In this document: piece by piece, positions 40,602 to 51,899 of the stretch
Numbering within the stretch: the stretch's first letter is position 1
Layout: each line of letters opens with the position of its first letter
Assembly (NCBI GenBank): GCA_008369845.1
Contig: MRSU01002006.1
Coordinates: 1-64,000 of the forward strand
Direction of reading: 5' to 3'
DNA: 64,000 nucleotides
Source: Trichomonas gallinae
Lineage: Eukaryota
Position numbers and translations under genes: made by a program
Notes under the pieces: generated by a model
The model's database searches: none
What the model saw: the letters and a program-made list of their open reading frames with translations, nothing else
Told to the model about the DNA's origin: nothing

Positions 40602-42036
40602 TGTGAAAAAATGATTTATTTCGATTTTGACCATTTTAGTTCTCAAATATGATTTGTTTCTCAATTTATTTCAAGGGGCGAAATTTTTTCTTTATTCTCC
40701 CCATTTTTATTATCCTAAAGACATGTTATTATAAATAATATAATAATTTCGTTTATTGTAATTTTTTCCAATTTATTCATCATATTATTACCAGCATATA
40801 TTGATTATAATTTCGAAAAATCGAATTAATTTATTCGTATCAGATTTGACGACCAAATTTTAGAAAATTATAAAAGTGACAAAATTTATTAAAAATCTAA
40901 TAATTTTATATCTATTACATTTTAGGATCAAAATTTAGAAAATATAAAATGTGACAGAATAATTTATATTCGCCGTACGGATTCTCCTATATATTAGAAA
41001 TAATTCCCTTGAACTTTCGGTTCGAATCCAACATGTTTTGAAATTTTTGTTAAAACATTTAATATATTGTTCTATAGCTGAATTATTGTTTTCTTGACTT
41101 TCGGTTCGACGAGTATTAAAAATTAAAGGAGAGAACGATTAAAACGGATTCAAAGTTAATGATGTTTTTGCAATATTTTAAGAGCAACTTTTGAGTAGAA
41201 AAAGGATAATAGCAAAATATTACATATTGTCAAGTAATAAATTTATTTAGAAGAAAAATTTTGGCTAATAACGTACATTACTCTCACAATTTTCGATTAA
41301 AATCAAACGAATTATTTGGCAAAACAATGAAACAATGAAATACTCATTCAATTTTATATCAATAAGGACGAATACTGATCGATTTTCCAAAGATGAAAAA
41401 ATACAGTTTGCTTCAGTTTTCGGCACCATCGATCCGCGGGCTTGTTCGTACAATGATTATATGTCTAGCAAGGCTTCCGTTTTATCTTTTGATTTCTTGA
41501 TATCAATTCATTCCGCTCTGCTATGTCTTTTAATGATACCAAACCATTATATATTGTTGTCTATGTCAAATATACTCTTGAAAGTGATGATGCTTTTGTT
41601 TGGGTGGTTGGAGTGGAAGCATTGTTCAAAGTTTAGGCATTTAGATTTTGCTATAATATCAGCATCGTTATAAAAATTAATTTTTTATGCAGAAAATGAT
41701 AGAAAGTTTTTAATATATAGAATTAATTTTTAATCTCAACATTGCACCTTAAAAAAGAAATTATTGTTCCATATCAAGAATATATATTGTTCTATTGTTG
41801 AACTCCATGTTAAAGCAAATATATCGAAAATCGTATTTATCAATATGAAACTCCCTTTTTAATGCACTTTCCTTTTCCTTTATCTCTACATTTTCAATTA
41901 GTGTTTCAACTAAAACAAGACATTCAAAGCCACAAAAGCGAAATTTTGATTTGTAACAAATAATTTTGATGAATTTAGTTCATGTTGATTAAAATACATA
42001 AACAAACAAGTTTTACTTCAACAAATAACAAAAAAA

Positions 42037-43470
42037 TTACTGAATCTTTTCATTCATTCCTTTGAGATCGACATTGAACGATCTCTTAATCAATCCGTCA
42101 TGATTATGGTCAACATTATAGGAGCCAGGTCCCGGAACATCATTAAAAGCAGCCTTATCGAATCTAACAGCTCTTGAAACCGACGAGCTCCTTTTTTGAT
42201 GATTATACTCTCTCACGTTGTAGTCGTTCGGTGATGGACCGTTCTTTATCTCAAGGAAGCCATGCCTCGACACCTTTGCTTTGCTGTATGTCATCTTTAT
42301 ATTGCCTTTGGATGACAAATCTCGAGGATTATATGTACCCGGTCCAGGCGAGTCCAAATTCAAGTCGTAGAGTCGTCTGGCGTCTGTGTTGTGGAATTGC
42401 GGCGATGGCTCTGTGGATTTAAGCTTGAAGCTGCTGAAATTGAGCTCGTAGGAGCCAGGGCCTGGCGTTATTGATGTTGGATATTCGAATTTAGTTTGAG
42501 CTCTTGGAAGATTTGAACTTGCGGCCTTCATCCAGTGCACATCTTTCGCTTCGTATTCTCCAGGTCCAGGAACTGCGTTGGTTGATTCTGTAAAACGCGG
42601 AGCTTTCGAGCCAAATCCGATATTTGACTGTGACCGTTTTTTCTTTATTTTAATAGATCCATCTTTACCTGTATACTTTTGAGGACCAGGATAATCATTA
42701 GGTTTTGCCCAAAGATCTCTTTTAACTTTTGATTTAAAGTTTGATGTTTCTCTGCTTGAATTAACAAGATCACCATGAGCCAAATTGCCACTTTTAGGTG
42801 ATTCAAGTGGCTTTTCTTCATGATATTCGCGTATATTCGGATTCTTTTTGACAGTTGCTGTTCTAGGAGTATAAGCGCCAGGTCCTGGAACTTTTACTTG
42901 TTCTCTGTCGACTAAACATGTCATAGGACGTGCAGATTTCATCGATGCGCCTATCCTTGCCTTTGGAATTTCAGGATCATAACAGCCAGGTCCTAAATAT
43001 GTATTGTCATGCGTGTCGCTGAGTATTGGCCTTAAACTTCCATCAGGCATAGTTTCGTATCCTTCGACTTTTTGGCCGACATTTGGCGAATAAGGCATTG
43101 AAGATTTTTTAATCGAAGATTTTGGACGTCTCGAACTTGTTGGGACCCAAGATGTAATATTATTATGATCAACTGGTGATGGACCATCGTTTATTTGGAA
43201 AGGAGAACGTTTCGATCTTGATTGAAAAGCAGAGCATGGCCTGCTGTTACCAGAAGATGGCTTTTCTGGATCGTATGCGCCAGGATCTGGTGTTCTATGT
43301 ATCTTCTGTCCAAAAGGATTGCGTTTATCGTTTGATCCTCCGAATGATGTTTTGTAATTATGCTTTACTTTCGAAATATCTCTGACTTCGTAGCTCCCTG
43401 GACCTACATTAGCCGTTGTGCCCGTGGTTCCCCAGTTAAAATCTCGATTACTGTACTTTCCCCACGACAT
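42037..43470 (-). CDS. SHIPPO-repeat (ODF3/STPG-like) flagellar protein
   Basis: Many PGPG(S/A/T/E)Y repeats (VGPGSY, LGPGCY, VPGPGAY, VPGPGEY, TPGPGSY, SPGPGTY). Start at MSWGK (43470). Confidence 0.9.
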   Translation of the reverse strand: MSWGKYSNRDFNWGTTGTTANVGPGSYEVRDISKVKHNYKTSFGGSNDKRNPFGQKIHRTPDPGAYDPEKPSSGNSRPCSAFQSRSKRSPFQINDGPSPVDHNNITSWVPTSSRRPKSSIKKSSMPYSPNVGQKVEGYETMPDGSLRPILSDTHDNTYLGPGCYDPEIPKARIGASMKSARPMTCLVDREQVKVPGPGAYTPRTATVKKNPNIREYHEEKPLESPKSGNLAHGDLVNSSRETSNFKSKVKRDLWAKPNDYPGPQKYTGKDGSIKIKKKRSQSNIGFGSKAPRFTESTNAVPGPGEYEAKDVHWMKAASSNLPRAQTKFEYPTSITPGPGSYELNFSSFKLKSTEPSPQFHNTDARRLYDLNLDSPGPGTYNPRDLSSKGNIKMTYSKAKVSRHGFLEIKNGPSPNDYNVREYNHQKRSSSVSRAVRFDKAAFNDVPGPGSYNVDHNHDGLIKRSFNVDLKGMNEKIQ

Positions 43471-43692
43471 TAATAAACGTACGTTTTTTCGAAAAATCTT
43501 TGACAAAATTTTCTTTACAAAATGTTTATTTGTCAAAAATCAACTTTACAATATCAAATTTTGACAATAATGTTTACAAATCATTTATTTGGCAAAATTT
43601 ATATTTTTGACAATTTTTAAATTTTTGACAAATTAATTTTACAAATTTTCAATTTTGGTAAAAATTATCAATAAATGCTCTGTTTAGTAAAT

Positions 43693-46293
43693 TTATTGAA
43701 GAGAAATTGTCCATTCATCGCGTACGAGAAGATTTGGATTCTTGATAATAAGGACACCATTGACGTACTCGAATTCGATTTCTCCATTTGGACCAACAAC
43801 CTTTGTTGGCTCGTTGACACCAGCAATACGAATCTTCTCAACCTTGACATCATAGTTGTCAACGAACTTGTTGTTGTTAGCGACGACAGCCTTATTTGTG
43901 ATCTTTCCGTCTTTTAATACGAATTGTCTGTGAACGAATTGACCTTCTCCGAAGTCCTCAGACTCACCATCATCAGCATAAACCTCTCCCTGAGCCTTTC
44001 CTTGCTTGTCTGCAGCGATGACGAGTGTGAATGGATCGAAGAACATCATCTTTGATGCCTTTCTGATTCTGCATTTCATTGGGACAATAGAACCTTCCTT
44101 GATTAAAACAAGTGTTCTTCCGTCATCAAACTTAGCGTTATTTGTCTCATATTTCTGCAGTGTTCTGAAGTTGTACCACTCGCACTCAGATGGCTTAACG
44201 AATTTTCTTTCTGACATCTCCTTCTCAAGGAATGGGACAACCAAAAGGTGGCTGCCGAGCATTACCTGATCGTCGACATCAAGTGCGTCTTTGTTTGTTG
44301 GGAACTCGTACCACAATGGTCTGACGATTGGTTTACCTGTCGTGTTGGTCTCTCTAGATAATGTGTACCAGTATGGGAGCATCTGGTAGCGCTCGATGAT
44401 AGAAGATTTGGCGACGTCTCTTAAAACTTCATCCTTGATGTTGTAAACTTCTCTCATTGCTGCTAAGTGGTGGCAATGCTCTCTGAAGAAAGAGTATGTC
44501 CATGCACCGACTGAGAACCATCTGCTCAACAAGTTATCGTCTGGTGAGTTGAAGAAGCCACCGACATCAGCACCAGCGTAAACAATGCCTGTCAAACCGT
44601 AGCTCAAAACGTTTGGAATTGAGTTTTGAAGATGTGACCATTCTGCTGCGTTATCACCTGTCCATACAAATGAGTACTTCTGAGAGCCAGCGAAGAAGCT
44701 TCTTGTGAGGATGAATGGTCTGAGTGGTTTCTCGGTTCTCTTCCTCAAACCGCCCCATGTTGAGCTGACCATCATATGTCCGTAGATGTTGTGGACTTCT
44801 CTCTCTTCGATGCTGCCGTAGTGAACCAAATCACGCGGGCAAGAGTTGTCTGTTGAATCGAAGACAGAAATTTCGTTCATGTCGTTCCATATGTAGCAGT
44901 TTGGCGCTGAATTCTTGTAGTGTGAGAATGAGAATAATGACTCCCACCAGCTTCTGACTTGCGGGTTCATGTAATCAGGCCATGATGACTGTCCTGGCCA
45001 GCAGTTTGCTCTGTAGTCATCGCCACTCCTTGTCTTCATCAATAATCCCTTTTCTTTGGCTTCGTTGTAGACTGGATATGATGTCTCACCCTTGAGATGT
45101 GGGTCAACGAGTGTAACAACGTATCTGTTGTTCTTCGCGAAGTCTTCGAACATCTTCTTCGGGTTCGGGAAGTTTGCTGGATGGAATGTGAAATACTTTC
45201 TATCATCAGCATGGTCCAAATCGAGCCACATGACATCGTGAGGGACTCCTGACTCGTCGAGCTTCTCGGAAACCTCAAGGAAGTCCTGCTGTGTCATGTA
45301 TCCCCATCTGCACTGATGATATGCGATACCGAACAAAGGAGGAAGGAGTGGGCGACCTGTGAGCTGTGTCATTGAGTTGGAGATCTCAGCTGGTGTGCCA
45401 AGGAACAAGTAAACGTTGATGTGTCCACCTTCTGAAATAAATCTAACATCGGAATATGATTTGTCTTCGCTGTAATCGATGTCAACCCATGTTTCTGATG
45501 GATTTGCCCAGTATAGTGACTGTGTTCTTTCGAGTGAGTGAGCGAATAAAATTGGAACTGCACCATACATAGCCATTCCGTTTCCAATTGCGTATTCGTT
45601 GATATCTGTGTTCCAGAAACGAATTGGCTCACCTTCTAGTGTAGAATTGAGCGAGAGAGGAAGTGTATGTGATGGAAGTCCTGAAATGCGTGTTTGCTTG
45701 CCAGAGAAACGGAATGACATAGCAACAGATGTTGGACCATTCGGGAAAACGTCATGGAAACCATTGAAATCGTGCTCGTTGTATAATTCTGGATATTTTT
45801 CTTTATCGCGCTGAGTTTCGTAGATACCAGTATCGTTAAAGTTCATTGTAAAGGCTTCTCCATTGGAATCCAACGATACAATCTTAAATGGCTGGTAAAA
45901 AACAAATAATTTTGCAGTGGATGAAGAAATTATTGCTTGTATTGGTGTTTTTTCAACATTAATTTCAGAGAGGTCATTAACAACCTGCTGATCGATCAAT
46001 GTTGGCTCCGAATCGATGTCAAATCTATTGAAATTTTCGTTGTTTAATGGTTTAATTTTGATATGGAGTGTATTAGTTTTGAGAATTGCAATATTTAATG
46101 AGAGCTGAGTGTTATACTTACCATCATCGATAATTGCCTGGAAAACGTTGTCTTTTGTCTGTATTGATTCCTTTTGGATTGACCAGAGGCTGGTGTTGAC
46201 GAATCTGCCGCGTGGGCAAAACGGAGACTGGTCGCAGCGTCTGTATTTCTCCGGTTTGACTGATGAACAAAGGGTAAATAAAGATAAAAACAT
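43693..46293 (-). CDS. Glucosidase II alpha subunit (GH31)
   Basis: Signal peptide, RRCDQSPFC, YHQCRWGY, WLDLDH, catalytic WNDMNE, RPFILTRSFFAGSQ, WTGDN, GADVGGFF. Confidence 0.95.
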   Translation of the reverse strand: MFLSLFTLCSSVKPEKYRRCDQSPFCPRGRFVNTSLWSIQKESIQTKDNVFQAIIDDGKYNTQLSLNIAILKTNTLHIKIKPLNNENFNRFDIDSEPTLIDQQVVNDLSEINVEKTPIQAIISSSTAKLFVFYQPFKIVSLDSNGEAFTMNFNDTGIYETQRDKEKYPELYNEHDFNGFHDVFPNGPTSVAMSFRFSGKQTRISGLPSHTLPLSLNSTLEGEPIRFWNTDINEYAIGNGMAMYGAVPILFAHSLERTQSLYWANPSETWVDIDYSEDKSYSDVRFISEGGHINVYLFLGTPAEISNSMTQLTGRPLLPPLFGIAYHQCRWGYMTQQDFLEVSEKLDESGVPHDVMWLDLDHADDRKYFTFHPANFPNPKKMFEDFAKNNRYVVTLVDPHLKGETSYPVYNEAKEKGLLMKTRSGDDYRANCWPGQSSWPDYMNPQVRSWWESLFSFSHYKNSAPNCYIWNDMNEISVFDSTDNSCPRDLVHYGSIEEREVHNIYGHMMVSSTWGGLRKRTEKPLRPFILTRSFFAGSQKYSFVWTGDNAAEWSHLQNSIPNVLSYGLTGIVYAGADVGGFFNSPDDNLLSRWFSVGAWTYSFFREHCHHLAAMREVYNIKDEVLRDVAKSSIIERYQMLPYWYTLSRETNTTGKPIVRPLWYEFPTNKDALDVDDQVMLGSHLLVVPFLEKEMSERKFVKPSECEWYNFRTLQKYETNNAKFDDGRTLVLIKEGSIVPMKCRIRKASKMMFFDPFTLVIAADKQGKAQGEVYADDGESEDFGEGQFVHRQFVLKDGKITNKAVVANNNKFVDNYDVKVEKIRIAGVNEPTKVVGPNGEIEFEYVNGVLIIKNPNLLVRDEWTISLQ

Positions 46294-46298
46294 TTTGT

Positions 46299-46306
46299 GT
46301 CACTTT
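46299..46306 (-). promoter_or_regulatory. M2 element AAAGTGAC
   Basis: Exact match on the minus strand, 5 nt upstream of the GH31 ATG. Confidence 0.7.
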
Positions 46307-46570
46307 TATGATTTTAAAATAAAATTTATTTTCTTTGTTTTTGCTATATTTGAATACTAGACATATTATAAATGCGAAATTTAATAAAATTTTTATTATA
46401 TTACCTGAAAATTTCGGCGATTTTTGATTATTGAACATTTTTTTATCTGTAAATAGCTTAATTAACAATCATTCTTTATAGAAATACGCAGAAAATGAGT
46501 AAATTAGTAGATTTTTTTATTTTCTTCCTATTCACTCATTATGATGGTCAGCATCCAATGGTGATTAAAC

Positions 46571-46835
46571 TGACAAAATGATCAGCTTTCAAAATGCCAA
46601 AACTCCAGATGGATTCGGGTTTTTCGAGTAAATGAAGCAAAACATGAAATTGCTAAATTTAACATTATATATAATATGAACGATACAGTGCTAAAGGTTT
46701 ATTGGATAAATTAACTATGTTTGTGCATCAAAAATTTTGATTATTTGACAAAAAATAGTCAGCTTTCAAAATGCCAAAGTTTCAGATGAATTAGCGTGCT
46801 TTGAGAAGATGATGAACAGCTTGTTAAACTTAACG
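46571..46835. repeat. Imperfect direct repeat (two copies of about 90 bp, about 175 bp apart)
   Basis: TGACAAAA..TCAGCTTTCAAAATGCCAAA..CAGATG at about 46571 and 46746. Confidence 0.75.
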
Positions 46836-47059
46836 CCAGAATATAAAACTGTTGAAATCTAAAAAATTTCCAATCTATATAAAGCCTCTGAGAATTTTAC
46901 CAACTTGCTGTAAACAGGTGACTTCCTTGCTACAGTGTTTGGATTAAATATAAAGTCTTGAGACTGATAAAAGTAGTAGTGATTAGGTGATTTTTTTGAC
47001 AAAAAACGATAACCTTATTTTTTCTTTCGATTTTGTCACTTTTTGATAAAATTAAGGCA

Positions 47060-48364
47060 ATGAGTTGCCCTTTTATGATAAACTTGCATATAACAATACC
47101 GAAACTGTCTCAGCAGGTTATATGGGATGCAGAGCCTGGTGAAACAGTAAAATCTGTGATTAACGCGATATTGAAGAGCATGAATATACCTGATCCAGAA
47201 TTTTGGAATTTATTTATGCTTACAGATGACTTTATTCAAATACCACGCGACACACCATGCTTTGATATTGCTTTTCAAAATGCTACATCATTCCAATTAC
47301 TACAATTAGAAACCGAACCTATCGAGATTTTCTATAAAATGAAAAGAGCAAGGATAGCATACGATAAATTCAAACCACTGTCGAGTGTTATGGAAATTTG
47401 CATGCAAATATTCAATCTTTCCGATCAAGAACAATATTTGTTTATGAATCCTGAGACTTATTGCGTTGAAGCAATGCATACACCGACAAAACTTCAAAAG
47501 CTCGTGCTCAAGCCATTGCAATTTAAAGGCAAAGAGCTCGTTTTCCCTACTCCACATTTCGCCGAGCCTACAGGATTGACATCCTTCCCATTCATTTCAT
47601 TATCAAAGACAGTTATCAGCCCACAATTCAAATTCTTCCTTACAACTCTCAAAAGCCAGTTTTGCGAATTCAATTTAATAAATTTATCTCCTGAAGTTAT
47701 AGACTCGCTTTTCAGGAAATTCGAACTAAATTCGGGACTATCAGAGATCCCTTCTGATCAGCAGATCACAATGCTCTTTGTTATTCTCGCGCAATTCGAT
47801 GAACCGCTAATTCCTCGAGAAATGATAAGATCAGCCAAATCGATTGTTAATAATGAGAACCAGTTAGAAGTGTGTCAGCAACTATTCATGTTTTTGCTTA
47901 TGTTGCCAGTTTCTGCACATGCAATAATTTTAGAGTTGATTATGTCGCTTTCAGGCTCATATGTTCATTCACCAATTAAGAATGAGATTACTATACTTCT
48001 ACAGGAGATACTTTTCAAGACTACAACCGAAGATGAAGAAGAATATTTATTTATTAAATATCTTTTGATGTTTGGCATCGCTTTATTAAGATTGCCTGGA
48101 TCAAAGAATATCTGCCGTATTGGCGACAAGATCGGCTTCCAATCTCAGCTCGAACACGGAACATATTTCACTATCAATGAAAAAGTTGTTCCAACAAGAA
48201 CAGAAGAGCTGATTTTCGACTTCGATTTCAATCTGTTCGACAAGGAGCAGGAAGACAACAGGCCAATTGAGCTTCACACACAATTAAGTTATCTTAATGC
48301 TAGCATTCAGAGCTTCTTTTCCATTGTTAATGAAGCGAAGAAGAAGTTTAGAAACCCACAATAA
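47060..48364 (+). CDS. Ubiquitin-fold (FERM-N/RA-like) + degenerate RhoGAP-like protein
   Basis: N-terminal beta-grasp-like segments (ETVKSVINAILKSMNIPDPEFWNLF) and LFVILAQFDEPLIP...LPVSAHAIILELI resembling RhoGAP helices. TCACTTT initiator at 47036. Confidence 0.5.
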   Translation: MSCPFMINLHITIPKLSQQVIWDAEPGETVKSVINAILKSMNIPDPEFWNLFMLTDDFIQIPRDTPCFDIAFQNATSFQLLQLETEPIEIFYKMKRARIAYDKFKPLSSVMEICMQIFNLSDQEQYLFMNPETYCVEAMHTPTKLQKLVLKPLQFKGKELVFPTPHFAEPTGLTSFPFISLSKTVISPQFKFFLTTLKSQFCEFNLINLSPEVIDSLFRKFELNSGLSEIPSDQQITMLFVILAQFDEPLIPREMIRSAKSIVNNENQLEVCQQLFMFLLMLPVSAHAIILELIMSLSGSYVHSPIKNEITILLQEILFKTTTEDEEEYLFIKYLLMFGIALLRLPGSKNICRIGDKIGFQSQLEHGTYFTINEKVVPTRTEELIFDFDFNLFDKEQEDNRPIELHTQLSYLNASIQSFFSIVNEAKKKFRNPQ

Positions 48365-49000
48365 TTTGTTGCGAAATATATGTTTTAATCTGATTAAAAA
48401 TTGTTATTAGTTAATGATCATATGTAAATGCTATCGGTACAAATAGTAATATTTCAGTATTAATCAATTTTTAATAATGAATTGGAAATAAAAGAAATAA
48501 TTATTGAAAAATAAGATGCTAAGCTTACAATAGATTACTACATAAATAACGTCAATTGATATAATGTTAACATGTAGTATTGTTCTAGGACATCACAAAC
48601 CTAAATTCATATATAACGAAGTTTGAACATGGATTTATATCAGAAGTCCATATTTTCGTTTCAAAACTTCAGAATAGGTTTTATAGAGTGTGTAAGGTGC
48701 AATTAAAGATGTTCCTCATTGTTGATGTATGATGGGAAAATTTTCCACAAATTTTATCGGACTGTTTTTTGGAGAAAATTTTAAACATGATCAACATCCA
48801 TAATTCAGAATTTGTGCATATATCTGTGTTTTAAGGATTATAATCAAAAGAAAATGTCTAAAAAACAAACAATCACGTTACAAATTAAATATTTTTTAAT
48901 TCAAACATTTCTATTTGTTAATATCCTTTTTTCTTCGAAATTGAATAAATATTCCACTCAAAATCAATTGAAAAAAGAAATCTTAAATTACCGATAGAAT

Positions 49001-49483
49001 TTAGAGGATAAAATACATAAACAAATTAGCAACCAAACAAATAAAGGTAGCAAAAATGCCTTTTGGCTCTTCTTCTTTGACTTCCGCATTCTCACCAGAT
49101 TTTGCATATCCTTGGCATTGACTGATGCATGATCTCCAGTAAACTGTAAATCTCCAGTGTCTGCCACAGTGAGATCTACAGGTCTGTTCATCGTAATACT
49201 CTAAAAGTTTGCTGCCTGGTATTCTTAGGCAATCTTTTCTACACTTGGACCAATCTAAGAAACATGTAGATTTGTTCACTCCGTTGTTGCACTTACCAAG
49301 ACAGTCAACTACTTTTGATGACATTACACGCCTTGCCGGTGTAGATTTTTTGTTATCAAAGATTCCAATCTCGCATGTGTCTTTGCACGATTTTAGTTTA
49401 GCAGGAGAATCAGCGAACAGGTTCTGACACTTGCGCTGGCAGTGTGACGCATCAAATGCGAATAAGAGCGTCACAATTAGCAT
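49001..49483 (-). CDS. Small secreted or membrane-anchored Cys-rich protein (three CX3C-Xn-CX3C units)
   Basis: Hydrophobic N-terminus from ATG 49483, six CxxxC motifs, and a hydrophobic C-terminus. Confidence 0.75.
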   Translation of the reverse strand: MLIVTLLFAFDASHCQRKCQNLFADSPAKLKSCKDTCEIGIFDNKKSTPARRVMSSKVVDCLGKCNNGVNKSTCFLDWSKCRKDCLRIPGSKLLEYYDEQTCRSHCGRHWRFTVYWRSCISQCQGYAKSGENAEVKEEEPKGIFATFICLVANLFMYFIL

Positions 49484-50247
49484 TAGTAATTTATTCAAAA
49501 ATTTCTAAAATTTTTGAAAAATTTTGCGTCTAGATTTTGACATATTTGGAATCTATACTAATAAACAGCTATTCTTCAGATCAAAATTTGACACGGCAGA
49601 TTTAGATGAGCGGAATTTGTAAAAAAAACGTTTTATAGAACAACGTACTATTCACTGATGCCTTTGAACTGAATAGATGGCACTTAACGCGACAATTTAT
49701 CTCTTTTACATGAATTTTGAGCCAAACAACAAATGAGTAGCAAAAGTGTAAGAAAAGGACAGCTGTCACATTTATGAATCTGACATGTAAAGTTAAATCT
49801 GACATTCACATTATAACTTGCATTTATTTGATCAAAAACACAACTTCAATGTTTGTTTAAGATACATACTGTTTAAGATATGCGTTTAACTACTATGTAG
49901 AAATATTGATTACATCTTGTTAAATATAAAAATATGGATGAATATTTCCAAGTTCTCACTTTTTATCAATGAGTGAAATGGATATTTTAAATGAGCAGGC
50001 TCAAAATATATTGAACTTAAGTAAAAAGACGAGAAATACCGAGAAATGACAAAGAAATACATTACATGTCAAACAATTCCCTTAAGAATTTCAGTTTACA
50101 CGACAAAAATAAAATTTACATGACAAAATATTTTCACCTTATTGAACTAAAATTGATATATATAATGCGAATAAGCAAAAACACATTTTACTTCTTTATC
50201 AAAAATTGAGAAGAAATCAAATTATTAAAAAAAACTAACCAATTACG

Positions 50248-50933
50248 ATGAAGCACAGCTTTTTCTCCAATGCGTACGACTTTATTTTCTAACAAGCAGT
50301 CATTCACACGCCACATTCAAACCAGTGAAGTTTTTCACACCATCACATCGCTGCTACGAGGACTTCACTTCAATCCACGGCTGTTTCGAGATGGGAAATC
50401 TCGATGAGGCAATAAAATGCCCTGATGGGCGTAAAGTAGAGGATTGGATCGCTACTCATGCTGTCGAATTCTACAACCAGCTCGTTATTTTCTACAAATT
50501 TGTAGAAGACGACTGTTCTAATGAAAAATGCCCTGTAATGTCGGCAGGACATAAGTACAAGTACCTCTGGCAAGATGATGATCAATTTAAGAAGCCTACA
50601 GAGTTCTCGGCTAAAGAATACATCTCGTTGTTATTCGATTCGGCCGATGCTTTTCTCGGAGACAAAACATTTTTCCCATCAGACAAATACTCCAAGTATC
50701 CCCCAAAGTTTAAATCCGAAATTTCGAAATTATTCCGTCGCTTTTTGCGAGTGTATGCACATCTCTACAAGTCACACGCTACAGTTTTGAAAGAATGTGA
50801 TGCACTTCAACATTTCAACACTTCATTCACTCATTTCTTCAAATTTACGAATTATTACTCACTTATAGATAAGCAAGAATTCATGCCACTTAAAGAAGTC
50901 ATTAAGTCATTAGATTTGGGCGAAATTCAATAA
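50248..50933 (+). CDS. MOB1: Mob1/phocein-family kinase activator, two exons (50248-50273, 50300-50933)
   Basis: GNLDEAIKCP, EDWIATHAVEFYNQ, CPVMSAG, FRRFLRVYAHLY, HFNTSFTHF. Splicing supplies an ATG for the conserved TFKP N-terminus (219 aa). Confidence 0.9.
50274..50299 (+). other. 26-nt spliceosomal intron
   Basis: GTACGACTTTATTTTCTAACAAGCAG: GTACG donor, TCTAAC branch site, CAG acceptor. Removal restores the frame. Confidence 0.9.
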
Positions 50934-51899
50934 ATTCAATATTCCGGAAAAAAATTTGATCGATTTCGTCTCAATATGTTAATATCATTGCGTTTACACA
51001 CTAAAATATAAGTTTTCCCAAATTACCACCTCATATAACTGAGAAATATTTTACAAATAATTTATTAAACACAAATTGATTTTGCTTAGTATTCAAATAT
51101 GCTATTTTATCTTGTTGTGGTGATAGATAGCGATATAGATTTGAACAAAATTCATATTTTATGCTGTATTATAATTTTTGTCAAATTTGGGGTTTGATGT
51201 CCTGATAATATATTATACTCAGATCATACTACCATAATATATTATGCAAATAGGAAATGGACAAATATCCATAAATTTTATATTTCATTCGGCTTAGAAA
51301 CTCCAGAATTCCCACAGAATATTAATTAAAACTATACTGTACAGAACTAAATATCAATATAGTGCTGTATTCAATGAATATATATTTAGTTGTTCTTTAA
51401 ATTCAAAAATTCATAACTTAAAAACTATACACATATGTTATAAAATACCTCAATATCAAACAGATAAAATCAATTTATAATAAAATCGCATATAAAATGT
51501 ATCCATATTATTACGACTCGTAACAACAAAAAGTTTGGCAAACACCATTTCCATCCTAGTAACTTGCGTATGTAATTTATATGTCTCGAAAAGCTAATAA
51601 ATCCAAAATATATTTCGAATTTAAAATCAATATTAATGCATTTGCTTACCAAAACTTCATATGCATGCAAAAGCACAGCATAGACCAATTCGTTATATTA
51701 TACCTTAATGATTCTGATTCTTTATAAAATGGAAAAAAAAAAGTGAAAAATCAGAATATATAATTCACACAATATTTTTGACTAGTATATAAATAAAGAA
51801 AATAATTTAGTGTTTCAATAATTATTGATTACTCATTTTTTTTTTTTTTTTTTTTGAGTTCATATTTAAAAAGTAGTTTTGACAGAGCGTGCATTTATT

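Noticed and set aside
40970..41040. tRNA gene around GGTTCGAATCC
   Set aside because: T-stem has only 2 bp, and no acceptor, D or anticodon arms can be formed.
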